From assembly GCF_001194135.2 (NCBI RefSeq), contig NC_069000.1:6309244-6373243 (forward strand): a stretch of DNA of 64,000 bases. Reading direction: 5' to 3'. This document shows positions 38,537 to 52,305 of the stretch, piece after piece; the stretch's first letter is position 1, and every line of letters begins with the position of its first letter. The position numbers and the translations under genes were made by a program. The stretch is from Octopus bimaculoides. Taxonomy: Eukaryota. The notes under the pieces were generated by a model, which saw only the letters and a list, made by a program, of their open reading frames with translations, was not told the origin of the DNA and searched no databases.

Positions 38537-41037
38537 TAAATAACTTGTATAAATCTTTTGTCATTTATGTCTCTGTCCTTTTTGGTTTTTTTGGTTTTCA
38601 TTTAAAAAAAAAAAAAACCTGTACAGCACTGTTTATTGGTTGATTAGCTTATCGTGACATCTTTAATAAATCGTAATAAAATGTGATTATATAATGGACA
38701 TGAACTTATTCTGCAGCATAAATCAAACAATTTGCTATTCCAATAATAATAATAATAATAAAGTATATTATTTACCTGAAAGGTTTTGCCTTATATCAAC
38801 ATTTATTCTTTCAATTTTTGCCTTATGACTGATGATGATGATGATGATGCCTGCTGCTTAAAATTGGTTTGATTCCTTTGTGTTTATTGACAGTCTTGTT
38901 GGCTTGCATTCCCTCATACATACATACGTACGTGCATATGTGTGTGTGTGTGTGCGTATGCATATTATTGTGGTCAAGTCGGTCTCCTGCTATTTCTGTG
39001 TATTGCCTGTGGGTGCCCAGGGAACACTAAACATGTATATACATATATATACACACTCACACGTACAGACTAATGCTCAGCAATAGCCATATAAAGGAAG
39101 ATTGAGTGGGGGTGGAGAGTGAGTGAGTGAGAGAGAGAGAGAGAGAGAGTGAGTTGGCAGGAGGTATTATTTTGCAGGAAAAAAAACAAGTTGAACAGTT
39201 AGAATTTAGGAAAGCAACTGGGTCACCACAAACTGGTTTGAAAGGTATTATCAGAGTATTTTTCAACTATGATTGTGATTGTGTACGTGTATTGCACCTA
39301 AGAACCTTCAAAGTTACAATTTACTACATCATATACATGCACACACACACACACACAATCAAAATTTTAAATCATTCTACTTGTCTCTCCTTTCTTAGTC
39401 TGGTAAACATGATTTTTTTTATTTTCATTTTATAATCATTTCCATACAGTTTTTGGATTATTTTTTTTGTCTTCTCATTATACCTACTTGTATCCTATTT
39501 AAAAAAAAAAATCTTCCTTTTTGTTTATAGTTTGGTTAGTAAACAGTTCTGTTTTGTTCCATTCATAGTGTCTTGACTGTTTCTTGTAGTGCAGGCTTCT
39601 GTACCTGTCATTTCTGTCACCTTTCATCATTCTTCAGAATTCGTCGTCACATTTTGCTTTTCTTTTTTTAATTTTTAATACATGCTAAAATCTAAGAAAC
39701 CTATTAATTGCGAGGCTGCCTGTCCCTGGTAATGAAAGATGGCTACGGCAGGGCTATTGTTCTCTTGAGATGTTCCATGTTAGTTCAGTGAAGCAAATTA
39801 GATTTCTTACTAATAATTAAAAAAGAAAAAAAAAAAACAAATGGTGAATCCACTATCATAATCATTATTTGTTGGCAGTTTTTGTAACGTCTGTTGGACA
39901 CACACAACAGACATTAATGCTTTTTGTAGCTGTTGACTCCTGTTATATTTTAAGGATTAAAATCTTTTTTTTCTTCTGCAAGACTTCTCTTGGCCTGTTC
40001 AGCATTCTATTAGTTTCCAGTCGAGTTAAATGCTTTAAACTCCCATATTTAAAAGGTTTTAGCATTTAACCAATTCCACAACCGCCACTTAATACCTGCA
40101 TTGATTTCATTTAAATAGAAATCTTGGAGATTCTCTGGACCATTTTGTTCCGGAATTGGGATGGTGGGTGAGGGTGCTTTATATTTATTTATTTTTTTTA
40201 ACAACTTACAATCAAATTCATTTGATAATTTTTCTCAAAAATCTATATTCCGAATTGTAGGAAAGAGACACTTTAACCTTTTGAACTTGTAAGTACACTT
40301 TAATGGGTGTGGTTTCATTTGATCATAAACCTAGAAAGGTGTAAAAGCAATTTGCTTTTATAGTTTGCTGATTATCAGCTGTAAGAACGAAACTCTCTGG
40401 CCACCAACATTTGTGTCTTCCAGGGAAATAATGTCAACCAAAATCAAGCCTGGTAAAGTGCATTGGCAGATTCAAAGGGTTATACTTTTGGTAGCTGTGA
40501 GGAAATTCTTGATTCTGCTTATTGTTTGTCTCAAGTTTTTACTACTTTCCATAGTTTTCTCTTATCTAGTGTGTGTGTGTGTTCAATCTTCATATTTTAA
40601 TTCTTTGCTATGAATAAAAGGGGAGAAAAAGACAACTAATTTAGCAGGTAAATATCCCACTTAAAAACTTTTTTTCGTTAAGCATTAAAGAGTTTGCGTC
40701 ACATCTCTGATTTGGATGCTTAATGAAGACTGTTTTTGGGGGGTTTTTTGTTTTGTTTTTTGCCAATCCAAAAGTGTTTGTCTTCAGTGTAATGTGCTTA
40801 CACAAAATGGCCAGTATATTAGGATTCAATGGTGTATTGTAAATGTATATAATGTAAAAATGGGAGCTTTAAAGTTTAGTAACATTCCATTCATTTCACA
40901 CTATTTGAAACAAAGTTCTTTGTAGTGTTCTACATCTTTATAAATTGCTGTGTTCGTGTGTATATATATATATATATACATACATACTCATACTATATAT
41001 ATACACACACACACACACAAGTATACATACACACTCA

Positions 41038-41083
<46 letters not shown>

Positions 41084-41093
41084 NNNNNNNNNN

Positions 41094-41133
<40 letters not shown>

Positions 41134-41388
41134 GGTACTGTTCTGTTATTGGTGGGATCAACAGAAAAAAAGTATTATATGCAGTAAGAGAATTTAATAT
41201 AGCCAGGATTTAAAAGAAACCTACTATTTGTTTCATGCCTCTGAAAATTGAGTGGTTGAACAACCTTGTTTTTCAGTCTGAATGATTGCATGCAAATGCA
41301 TGCCATGCTATACAAGTTTGTCTGACCATTGTATTATCAGAGACATAGAACCAATTCTAGCTTGCATTTAAATCCTGCATATTAAATG

Positions 41389-41428
<40 letters not shown>

Positions 41429-41803
41429 TTGTGTATGATTTTCATATGGTGCAGGTTGACCTTCTGGTGAAGGCTGCATGACCAAAACTTTGAAGTTACT
41501 GTCAACCTTTTCCGTGTAAAAACTAGACTGTCCTCTACTGAAAGGTATTGAGTAATCCTTCAATTGTTTATATATATACACATACATACATCCATTCATG
41601 TACATGCCTGGATGTGCAATATGGAAAAACTGTACATAATATATGTGAAGTTTATCTGGTTTAAGCTAATGTAATTCACACTGTTGCTCTTCCGATTATC
41701 TTGCTTTTATGTGTTCATTCAGGTAACTAGAAAGCATAATAGCAAGACATTTGTATCGTGAGTGTGTGAGTTACTGGCTTTCAAGATGCGTGTATGTATG
41801 TAT

Positions 41804-41837
<34 letters not shown>

Positions 41838-42244
41838 AAAGAGATTTAGTGTTTCTTACATTCCTTTTGAGGGTACCTTCTTGAGATTCACCAATTTTGC
41901 TAGTTGGAATTTAAGCATTCTGAGAGAGTTTTTTTCTTTTTTTCTGTTTATCTTGTTAATGTTTTTTTTTTTTTTTCATGTTCTGTTGTTCGAATTTTGT
42001 TCCTAAATATTCTGAAACCCAGAAGGTAGTTGATCCTTTCCAATCCATACTGCCATCCTATATTATTTCGTCAGATTCACCAATGGTGCCAAGAAATACA
42101 TTACAATATATATATATATATATATATCGTGTGTTTGTGTATGCACACATGCGTATATGTATGTTTTGCTTTCTTTATTATTGCAAAAGTCTGCCGAGAA
42201 CCACTGTTAAAATAAATGAACAGCATTTTTCTAAGTAACAGGCA

Positions 42245-42600
42245 CTAAACAGGTATATACACACATGCTTTATACATATTTGCATGCACATTACATGTGT
42301 ATATCATATGTGCATAGGTATACATTTGTATATTTTGTGTGTGTGTGTGTAAATATATATTTATATACATACGTGTGTGTGTATATCCATGTATATATAC
42401 ATGTGTGTGTGTGTCTGTGTGTATATATATTTGTGTGTGTATCCATATACAAATATACATTTGTATGTATGTACGTATGTGTATATATATATACTATATA
42501 CATAATACATAGGTGTGTGTATCTTTATAATATATATATATATATGTGTGTGTATGTATATATATATATGTGTGTATACACATATATATACTATACACAG
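42245..42600. repeat. Compound TA/TG/CA low-complexity tract
   Basis: Direct reading. Many other dinucleotide tracts occur in the window, e.g. 14671-14737 (CT)n, 35770-35850, 38481-38533 and 40960-41130. Confidence 0.9.
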
Positions 42601-42839
42601 TTCTATTTTTTGAATACTTATCTTTTGTGATATCTTTGTTAGAAATTTACCTAATATTCTGTTAACTGTTTCATGTTTTGGTAAAATAGAACTGATCATA
42701 CAATCCAAGAATCGTTTCTAATACCAGCCCCCAAAATTAGGAACTGTTAATATTACTTGTCTGGGTTAATTAGGGAGCAGTGTTATTTGAAAGGGATTCA
42801 ACTACTTAAATCAGCTCTCACGGATGCTTTTTTTTTTTA

Positions 42840-42894
<55 letters not shown>

Positions 42895-43139
42895 TTACGC
42901 AGCAAAGTTAATTAATGTCATGGTAAAATCTAAACATTGTCAAAGACTTTGGAAAGAATAAATAAATAAAAAAAAATTAATAAATTTTCAGTTTACAGAT
43001 TCATTTTTGTTTTTTTATTTTATTTTAATTTTTCTGCGAATTTCTGTAGTTAATTCCTAAACATCTTTTTATTCATTTGTTGTTTAGCTTTTTCCCTCTC
43101 CCCCCCTGCCACCACCACCACCACCAAACATTCTTCTAA

Positions 43140-43340
43140 GCCTGCTCAGACCCAGCTGGCACAACGTAAAATGCACCCAGTACACTCTGTAAAGTAGTTG
43201 GTGTTAGGAAGGGCATACAGCCATCGAAGCCATGCCAGAATGGACAATTGGTGCTTGGTACAGCGTTCCCAGCTTGCCCACTCCTGTCAAACTGTCCAAC
43301 CCATGCCAGCATGGACAACGGACATTGATGATGATGATGT
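43140..43340 (-). mobile_element. Family D repeat with RTE-like tail
   Basis: Reverse complement resembles 58655-58860 and 52170-52305. Confidence 0.65.
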
Positions 43341-44343
43341 ACTGGTATTTGGTTTGGAACATATTTTTTTTTATCTTTGTTTCCCCCCCAACTGCACTCC
43401 CTAATGTGTCCCCTCCTCTCCTTATTTTTCATCTCGACTCTTTAGCCTTCAGATTACTCTGTCAAATGTAATGCTTATTTATTCTCATTGCTTTGAATTA
43501 ATCATGCACTGTCTCATAGCTTTGAGATTTTGATGGAGTGTTTGTTTATTTTTAGAAGGACATTGTAGGGTAGGTGTGAGGAGCTGGATCTGGCTGGTTT
43601 GAACACAAAACAGGTGGAATATTTTGGCTGGATATGGCTATTTTGAATAGTTAAGGATTATGGTTGTAATAGTATGTAAGCCACCAAATGTTAAAGAAGG
43701 TTGCTTCACAACCACATGGTCTCTGGTTCAACCTCACTGCATGTCAACTTCAGAGAGTGTCATTTTCTATAATCTGCTAAGGATTATAGAAAAATAAGGG
43801 GACAACTTATACCTTGTGGGTGAAACTGGATTATTAGAAAATTAGCTTATTGGACAGGATGTATTCATTGAGCCAATGCTATGACCTTGTCACACTCTGT
43901 CGTACTGATTTTGTCTGAAGATTGTATTATGGCTACATGTCTATGGAATACTCTACCATTTATTGAACAATTTAATCCTCACCATCAAAACATGATACAT
44001 CTGTGTCCGTCTTTCCCATCCTGGTGTCTGTGATTAGGCTGTTGTTTCTTGCAGATTGAGCTTTTCCACTCACCATTGGCGACTTAGTCATATATTTGGT
44101 TTTAATACGCACATGCACGTTTTAAATTCAATTATAACTTTAAATCCTCTTCCTCCTCCTCATCGTTTTTAATGGCCACTTTTCTATGCTGGCATGAGTC
44201 AGCAAAAATTACTGAGGCAGAATTTCTACAACTTGGATAGTCTTCCTGCTGCCAATCCTCACCTGTTTCCAAGTAAGGTAAAATTCTTCATCACTGTTTG
44301 TCTCTGACCACCACTTGACTGAGGTCAATTTGTTTGACTAAAC

Positions 44344-45021
44344 CATTGGTTCTCAACCAAGGTCCATGTGTCCCTGGGATGTCCATATAAGATTCTTTTC
44401 AAGATCACAAAAGCAAAATAATAGAGTGGAGATCCATGGTACAAATTGCTTTAGACATATTTATAGGAAGAAACGGCCAGGTTTCTTTCTCCTCACGCTT
44501 AACATTGTTCAACAGGTTTCCAGTCCCTCGAACATGTCCTCTCCAAGAAAACATGTGAAAAAGCAAAATGGGAATTTTTAAAAGAGTAATTGTAAAACTA
44601 GCTTTTAAACATTGAATGTCAGTGAGCAGAGGTTCTCAACCATTTTTTATCTAGGGACCCCTTTGATTACTATTTTATTCTGGTGGGGCCCCATCCCTTA
44701 GCCTTTCGATGTTTAAAAACTAATTTAATAAAACCTTCTTTCAGAATTCCCATTTTGTTTTTCACATATTCCTCCTGTGTAGTTTGAACTATGTAGAATG
44801 AAAGAAACCTAGCTGTTTCTTGCAATACCAATATTTAAATCGGAATTTTTTCAGGGATCCTTGAAATATTATTATGGATTCACAGTGTAATATTTTCTTC
44901 CGGGGCCCCCTCCAAAATCTTATATGGACCTTGGTTGAGAACCACTGGTCTATGAGGGTCTGCCAGGATTAGATAGTAATCAAAGGGATCCGTAAGTAGA
45001 AAGAATGGTTGAGAACCACTG
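44344..45021. mobile_element. hAT-type MITE with a related MITE (44627-44947) nested in opposite orientation
   Basis: CAGTGGTTCTCAACC-type termini. The 8-bp flanks gactaaac and gacttaac match 7/8. Confidence 0.8.
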
Positions 45022-45278
45022 GACTTAACCTTTTAAAGGTGGTGCTCCAGCATGGCTGTAGTCTAGTGACTGAAGCAAGATAAAAGATTTAATTCCTTTT
45101 AACATATGCACAAGTTCATGATTTCTGGGGAGGGTGTAGTTGATTAAATCTGACAACCACCATCCCCAGCAATTCTTTATCGGTACTTATTGGACCTGGA
45201 TGGGATGAAAGGTGAGATTGACTTTAGTAGGGTTTGAACTCAGAATATAAAGAGTTGAACCAAATTTTGGCAGAAGGT

Positions 45279-45488
45279 CAGTGATTTCAAGGGAAGGGCG
45301 TGGTGGGGGGGTAAGTCGATTACATTGACACCCCACCCTCAGTACTCACTGGATACTTGTTTTACTGACCCCACAAACGATGAAAGGCAAAGCTGACCTC
45401 AGCAGAATTTGAACTCGGAACGTAAAGATTGACGAAATACCACTAAGCTTTTTGCCCAGCATGCTAACAATTTTGCCAGTTCCCTGCC
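45279..45488 (-). mobile_element. SINE (family B)
   Basis: Reverse complement of the family B body. Confidence 0.8.
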
Positions 45489-46537
45489 TTTCTTGAATGA
45501 AATATTGCTTCAAGGTGTTTTATTAGAAGCTTAAACTCTTTGCAATCTCCAGTTCAAAGTAAGAATATTAATAATGAAGATGGCAGTTAGTTGTATCCTG
45601 CACTACATAGGCATTTGCTTCATGACTACGTTTCCCGGTTCGAAATTTCCCCAAGATACTTGATGAAGGCTGGAGGGTATATCAGCCGAGACGTTGTGTT
45701 AGCAACAAAAAAGATGAGGACAAATGTCTGTTAAATGTAAATAATGTAAATGGTAGGGTGTGTGGTTTGAGGAAAATTTAGCAGTTCTTTCTACAAAATA
45801 GAAACTCCCTTGCTTCAGCTTAGTATTAAGCCTGGATTTGTGATTATTAGCTCTCTCTCTCTTTTTCTCTCTCTATGGAGCCTGACTTAGTGTTTGGATT
45901 GGTTTGTGGTAATTAATGCCAAATTGGTCCCTCCCTTGGCCTCAATTCTCCCTCAGTTGCAGTTAAGGTAGGATAACATAAAAAGATAATTAACCTTTTT
46001 TTTTTTTTTTTTAACTTAAATTGAGAATGTGAAGACGATATTGCATGTGAGAGGTGTTACCTGTTCTGATTTGGTTTCATACAAAAATACGTTTGGTTAA
46101 AGCAGGAATTTGATATTTGTTGGTAAATTTTCATGATCTCTAAATCATGTTTGTTTTCTTGACAGGAAATGAATGACTGACTTGCATGTAATAATAAGGA
46201 GACTCTCACTCTGAATTCGTCTAGAATCATAGGAGATGAGGGTTTATTATTTTGATAGCAAACTTGTAAAAGTATCACACAGTTGGATTCACCTTTATAT
46301 CTACTGAGAAGTGTTGAAATCTGAATGTGAACAGATTTGGAAAACATACTTGAAAGGGTTATTAAATAAGCAATCCGATACACACACCTCTATAAGTCTC
46401 TATACCAGTGATTCTCAATCTTAGGGCTGCCGCATGAGGCCCTCATGCATCCTTCTAGCAGTCCTCAACAGCATTCCCTCTATAAATATAAATCTTTCTT
46501 TAATTGACTTATGTTTTACCTTTTCTTTTTTTCTCTT

Positions 46538-46581
<44 letters not shown>

Positions 46582-46633
46582 CATCCCCCTAAAAAAAAAA
46601 AAATCCAGGTTTAGGATCTAGCCCCGATACTAA

Positions 46634-46844
46634 CCCTTTAATGCTCACATTACTCTGTTAAATGTAATGCTTTTTCACTCAAATTGCTTTGAATTAATCA
46701 TGCATTATCTCATAGCTTTGAGGTTTCAATGATGCGATGGTTTATTTTTAGAATGTCAATGTAGGTTAGGCCAGATATGGCTAGTTCAAATATAAAACAT
46801 GTAGAATATTTGGACCGGATATGGCTGGTTTAAACACTAAAGGG
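46634..46844 (+). mobile_element. piggyBac-type MITE
   Basis: CCC...GGG termini (ccctttaatg / cactaaaggg) with right TTAA and left CTAA. Internal sequence recurs near 3385, 15375 and 43441. Confidence 0.65.
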
Positions 46845-47412
46845 TTAAAATGGACACCTCCACAAGACCCCCTCCCCAATCTCTGTAAGGCTCTTTACAA
46901 TTATACAAAAATTCTACATCTGTCTACAACACTATGCAAGGATATGCTTCCTCAAGGAACATGTCTGTTTTTAATCTCAAGTATGTCAACCTGTGAGTAA
47001 GATTCCAAACTTACACTTAATAATGTGTGATTTGAGGGTGATAGTGATTTGGTTGCCATTTCCACCAGTTTGAGTGACCTTGTAGATATTCCCCTCCCCT
47101 CCAATTTCAGTTGAGAAGCCATTAAATACAATAATGTAAGCAAGTTTATTAGTCTCAGTCTTTAACTATTCATTAACGTGATCAGATGCTGCCCTATAAG
47201 AAACCTGTAGACAGCATCAGTCTTCCATAATGCTTGGAATTTATTGGTGAATGGAAAAATGAATGAGACCAACATTTAATGCCTTTTTGCAGTTCCTTAG
47301 TCTAAGGAAACCTGAGTGTAAATTCCTGTTAATATCGCCTGTAAAAGTTCACTCCAAGATCTTAGATTTTGTGCTTTCCATGAAAGGACAGCAGAAGAGC
47401 TTTCTCATAAAT

Positions 47413-47446
<34 letters not shown>

Positions 47447-47762
47447 GTTGTATTACTCATCCAAAGTGTGTATGTATGTACATGCACTTACAGAAATGAC
47501 ATACACACACTAGTTATTCCTAATGTTTTATTAGTCTACATTCTATCACACACATTCAAAGTGTGTGTGCATATATGTATGTACACACACACACGCACAA
47601 ACACAGAGGTAACTCACACTTGCGTATCAGCCCCTCTCTCCTAATATTCTGTACACACAAACATATTGCGCGGTCAATCCAGGTAAGATTAAACAGCATT
47701 GTCATTATCATTTTATACTTATTTTTCCACCCTCGCATGGATTAGAGGTGGGTGTTCCTCTA

Positions 47763-48780
47763 CAGCATGAGTCACCAAACTTTTTTTCACGGTGAACCAG
47801 ATAACTGACAGAATGATGAGCATTGGCGGCATAACCATTTTGTTCAATACAATATAGTGAATACACAAAAAGAATAAAATCAACCAATATATTTATTTAC
47901 CAAAACGTTATCAAAGGTGGCAGTGTTAGCAATAAGCTAGTTGTATCACACCTAGTGCGCACGTATCTGAATCTCTCAAACTAAGCAGCAAAAAAAGGTT
48001 GGTGAGATTTGTGAAACTGGTGTTTTAGCTTTGGAGATATAATCAATATTTGCTTTGTATGTCTGCAAACCTCATCAGTCAATCTTGTTTGATGTTCTAA
48101 CTTCACATCCTTCATTTTCGAAAATGTTTGCTCACAGACACAAGTTGTTCCAAACACTGATGCCATCCATACCAGCGGCGAATGAACTCTTTTCAAATTT
48201 ATTTCTACATCCAGACGGGTCTCCTAATACATTCTTCTGAATGGCACTTTGTATCTCCTTTTTGGGATGCATATTCAACTGTTTCTTTGCAGGTGTGTCC
48301 CATTATTTCCTCAGTAAAGCATAACTTGAAGATGTGAACAGGCTTACTTTCATTTTCCTTTTATGTTCTTTATAATTGCAGGTTCTAATTTAAATACCTG
48401 GTCCTGGCATGTCTGGAAATTTTTCTCTATTATACACAAAGTCTTCAGTTTTCTATCCTTTTCTTATGGAGGCCAATAAGAAATTCAATTGGTCCACTAT
48501 CACTCTCTATTTTCTGTGCTTTGTCCAAGCACACCACAACCGTTATCTCTAGGATTTGCTGGCACCTCTTCATAAGCATTGCCTGCGTCATCTTTATCTG
48601 AACCTTGACCATCATTTGGGACATGCAAAACAATTTCAAATTCTTGGTTTTGGAATGCTTACATACTTCAATGATGTTCAAAGTTTCTTCTGTGTCCCTC
48701 TCGATGTTAAGACTCTCTTTGCTATTATTATATGGGAAATGAAACGAAGCAGTTATAAAAATGTTTTTATTTAGCAATTA
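47763..48780 (-). mobile_element. Decayed hAT transposon (Buster/SPIN-like) fragment
   Basis: Minus ORF 47981-48196 reads SVFGTTCVCEQTFSKMK...RLTDE (hAT dimerisation-domain motif). A TIR-like cagcatgagtcaccaaact lies at 47763. The other end was not found. Confidence 0.7.
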
Positions 48781-50097
48781 AGTAATAGACCCATAAATAT
48801 ATTTACTAAATAAACACAACAAATAAAGTAAAATAGGTAAAAAAAAATAAATACGTGAAATAGGAATTCTATAATATTCTAAAATGAACATTCCGATTCC
48901 CAGCTTATGATTTATCATATTCAAGGGAAAAACATTTAAACTAAAATTTTTTTGGTTGAAATATCATTTAAAGTTAAAAGACAATTTGTTGAATTAAAAA
49001 TATTAACGTTTGAGATTCTGTATTACTAACAATATACAAAGCATAAACTTATCATCTCTAAAGCTCACTCGAGCAGATCAAAATAACTACTGAAGGAAAA
49101 GTTCACAGCAAAATGTTAAATGAAATAAAATATCACAAGAGTTTAAATTTTAAAATGAAAGGTTGAGTGGTTTAATTTTTTAAATTATTTTTCTTTGGTA
49201 AGGTTTTCCATATGATTCATCATATGTTAGGCACATATCATACATTGAGCATTCCCTAATTAAATCCAGTGAAATCCCAGAAAAACAAAATCTTATGCTG
49301 GCTTTCCTTTAGTACTACTATAATGTATGGGAAAAGGAGCATTTAGTTAGATTTATCATAATGGGCAGGACCTGTGAATATTTCACGGAATAAATGGTAA
49401 ACTTATTGGGTTACTTCTGAAAGCTTCATCCAAAAACCTGTAAGTGTAGCCTGTATTGTGCCCTGTATCAAAAGATGGTCGCTCATCTGCTTATCGTTGA
49501 AAAATGAAGGAAATTGGAATACGATGATTCCTTAATGCACAATTCTATACACTCAATACACAACACTCTCCTGCTCTCTCACACTTTATCACACCTTCTT
49601 TTCTCTTTCCTTTTTCTTTCACTCTTTGCTTTTCCCTTCAACAAATCACATGAAAGCATTACAGACAGGCCAATAAGTAATGGTGGCGGGGGTGGGGGGA
49701 GAACTTAGTTAAAAAAAAGTCTACACATTTCACTCACCACCTCCCCTCCCATCTCCACCCTCTACCATTCCCGCTCATCCCCATCCCTCCCCCTTCAACT
49801 AATCACATGGAAGTGTTACGGATAGGCTAAGTAATGTAGCAACAAGCAGAATTATTATAAGATTTCTATACAAGAAACATTGAAAAAATTCACTCATCTA
49901 AAACTTTACCAGTTTGGGCCATAAAAGTGCATTTATTGTAGGGTCAGTATTTTGGAAATCATGGAATTTTTATTTTTTTTATTGTTCCCTAAAAAAATCA
50001 GTTTNNNNNNNNNNNNNNNNNNNNNNNNNNNNNNNNNNNNNNNNNNNNNNNNNNNNNNNNNNNNNNNNNNNNNNNNNNNNNNNNNNNNNNNNNNNNN

Positions 50098-50189
50098 GGG
50101 CAAGTGTCTTCTACTATAGCTTCGGGCCGACCAAGGCCTTGTGAGTGGATTTGGTAGATGGAAACTGAAAGAAGCCCATCGTATATATG

Positions 50190-50220
<31 letters not shown>

Positions 50221-50395
50221 GTTTGCATGTCTGTGTTTGTCCCCCCAACATCGCTTGACAACCGATGCTGGTGTGTTTACGTCCCCGTAACTTAGTACTA
50301 GGCTTCCAAAGAATAAGTCCTGAGGTCAATTTGCTCGACTAAAGGTGGTGCTCCAGCATGGCCACAGTCAAATGACTGAAACAAATAAAAGAGTA
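50098..50395 (+). mobile_element. SINE (family C), 5' end lost in gap
   Basis: gggcaagtgtcttctactatagc, internal TA/TG repeat and ggtggtgctccagcatggcc tail. Confidence 0.8.
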
Positions 50396-51202
50396 ATATT
50401 TAAGCAAGTCTAAAGTCATTCAGTTTATACAATTGAAAAAAAATCATGTTAACACAGACGTAGAAAGTATGAATATGTACCAAATTTTTATATAATGCTT
50501 TTATTTTTTTAAATTACCTCTAAATTTCTGCTTTTCAACATCAGACATTCAGTAGTAAAGATCGTTTTCCAGCATAACATGGCAATCCTGGTTTAGGACA
50601 AATGTTGCTGTAATTTAGCCCCAGGAAACATCGTCTCCAGCTGGCTATATGACACGGTCTGTGTCCTTATATTTTAGAACAAGGGAATCTAGCACCCCCA
50701 CTCAGCTCAAAACAATATCTGTGTATCGCGATTCCTGGGTTATTTCCCTTCATCAGCACAGAATACTCGGCTAGAGGTGGCGCTGCCAAATTCCCGTTCG
50801 AAATATATAGTTTTCAAACTGACGAATGGTCACTGATTTATAAATTGTGAGATTTGAAAATGGTAATTTTCTAATCAGACATTCAGATTCTAATAATTTT
50901 TTTCTCTTTTAATCAGAATTTTAGATTTAAATGTAACATTTTCAATTATCAGAGAATAGAAAAAGAGGTCTCATTTTAAGCCTCACCATTCAACATGTTA
51001 TTTCCTGGGCCATAAGTAATGTTGGCATTATCTGTAGATACTACCTGTTCACAGATTTCAATTATCCACATAAGAAGTACAGAGGAAGTATTTTGTTCAG
51101 AGAACTTAACTGATCATAAACATAGGAAGCCATACTGAAAGTAATTATGTAAAGAAAACAAAAGCACCTATTTATAGAATTTTTATTATTTGGACAAGTG
51201 AA

Positions 51203-51500
51203 GGTTTGTGGGATAGTGGTTAGCATATTCATCCCACAACCATAGAGTCGTGAGTTCAATTCCCGGCAACGCTTTGTGTATTTGAGCAGGACACTTTATT
51301 CACGTTGCTCCCAGTTCACTCAGCTGGCAAAAATGAGTCGTATCTTGTCACGTTCTGTGTCGTACTGAATCTGCCTGAAAATTGCGTTCAGGTTATTCAT
51401 GTCTGTGGAGTGCTCAACCACTTGCACATTAATTTCATGAGCAGGCTGTTCTGTTGATGGCATCAACTGTAGAACGCTCCTCGCCGTAACCGTGGGAGGG
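51203..51500 (+). mobile_element. tRNA-derived SINE sharing the family A 3' half but with a different central domain
   Basis: gagttcaattc B-box, ttgagcaggacacttt...cagttcactcagctg central segment, gtctgtggagtgctca 3' part. Confidence 0.7.
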
Positions 51501-51853
51501 CCATTTATTATTTGAGTGATAAAATGCTGAATTCTGCTAATTCTTTGAGTGAAATTTAAGCATGATCACAGCACTAAAATCTTGCTTTTCTGTCCAATTG
51601 CCAATGATATCCCCCCCTCTCTCTCTCTCTCTCTCTCTCTTAACTTATTTGATTACTTGTAACAGTTGTGCAATCAGTACTGATTTCTTGAGTGAATATA
51701 AACATTTCTCATTTCATCATCTCTTAATAGAATGATGAGCATACTGTTTATATATATGTGTGTGTGTATATTTATGTATACACACACATATATGTATACA
51801 TATATACACACATATATAAGTGCATATATATATAGACATACACACACACACAC

Positions 51854-51891
<38 letters not shown>

Positions 51892-51892
<1 letters not shown>

Positions 51893-52064
51893 GGTTCGGC
51901 AAGCATTGCTTCACCACACACCGAAAATTAGAAATAGCAGTCAAAACTACTATTTCTCTACCAACAGTATTGCTGTTTTGGGAGTTGTATTTTGGTAGAG
52001 AAATAGTAGTTTTGACTGCTATTTCTAATTTTCGGTGTGTGGTAAAGCAATGCTTGCTGATCCC
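51892..52064. mobile_element. Foldback MITE / hairpin: 73-bp arms, 27-nt loop, TA flanks
   Basis: Arms 51892-51964 and 51992-52064 are reverse complements with 3 mismatches. Confidence 0.8.
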
Positions 52065-52169
52065 TAAATTTTAATTATGTTTATATAAGTTTACCGATAA
52101 TGGCTTTTTAACACACCGAACTACTTGGTAAAATTACTAATTATTAATTTTTACCCTATATCTTTCGTC

Positions 52170-52305
52170 GTCGTCGTCGTCGTCGTTTAACGTCCGCTTT
52201 CCATGCTAGCATGGGTTGGACGATTTGACTGAGGACTGGTGAAACCAGATGGCTACACCAGGCTCCAGTCTGATTTGGCAGTGTTTCTACAGCTGGATGC
52301 CCTTG
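52170..52305 (+). mobile_element. Family D repeat
   Basis: Starts with (GTC)n then tttaacgtccgctttccatgc and ends cagctggatgccctt. Confidence 0.75.

Larger units (their letters stand above)
33665..42990 (+). other. Putative long 3'UTR of the GPI isoform (end uncertain)
   Basis: Follows the GPI stop, lacks the SINE families seen elsewhere, and has long T tracts. Overlapping AATAAA at 42957-42970 are followed by T-rich sequence. Confidence 0.4.

Noticed and set aside
40925-42708. Multiple overlapping ORFs rich in Y, I, H, T, C and V
   Set aside because: Translations of TA/CA/TG microsatellites, not genes
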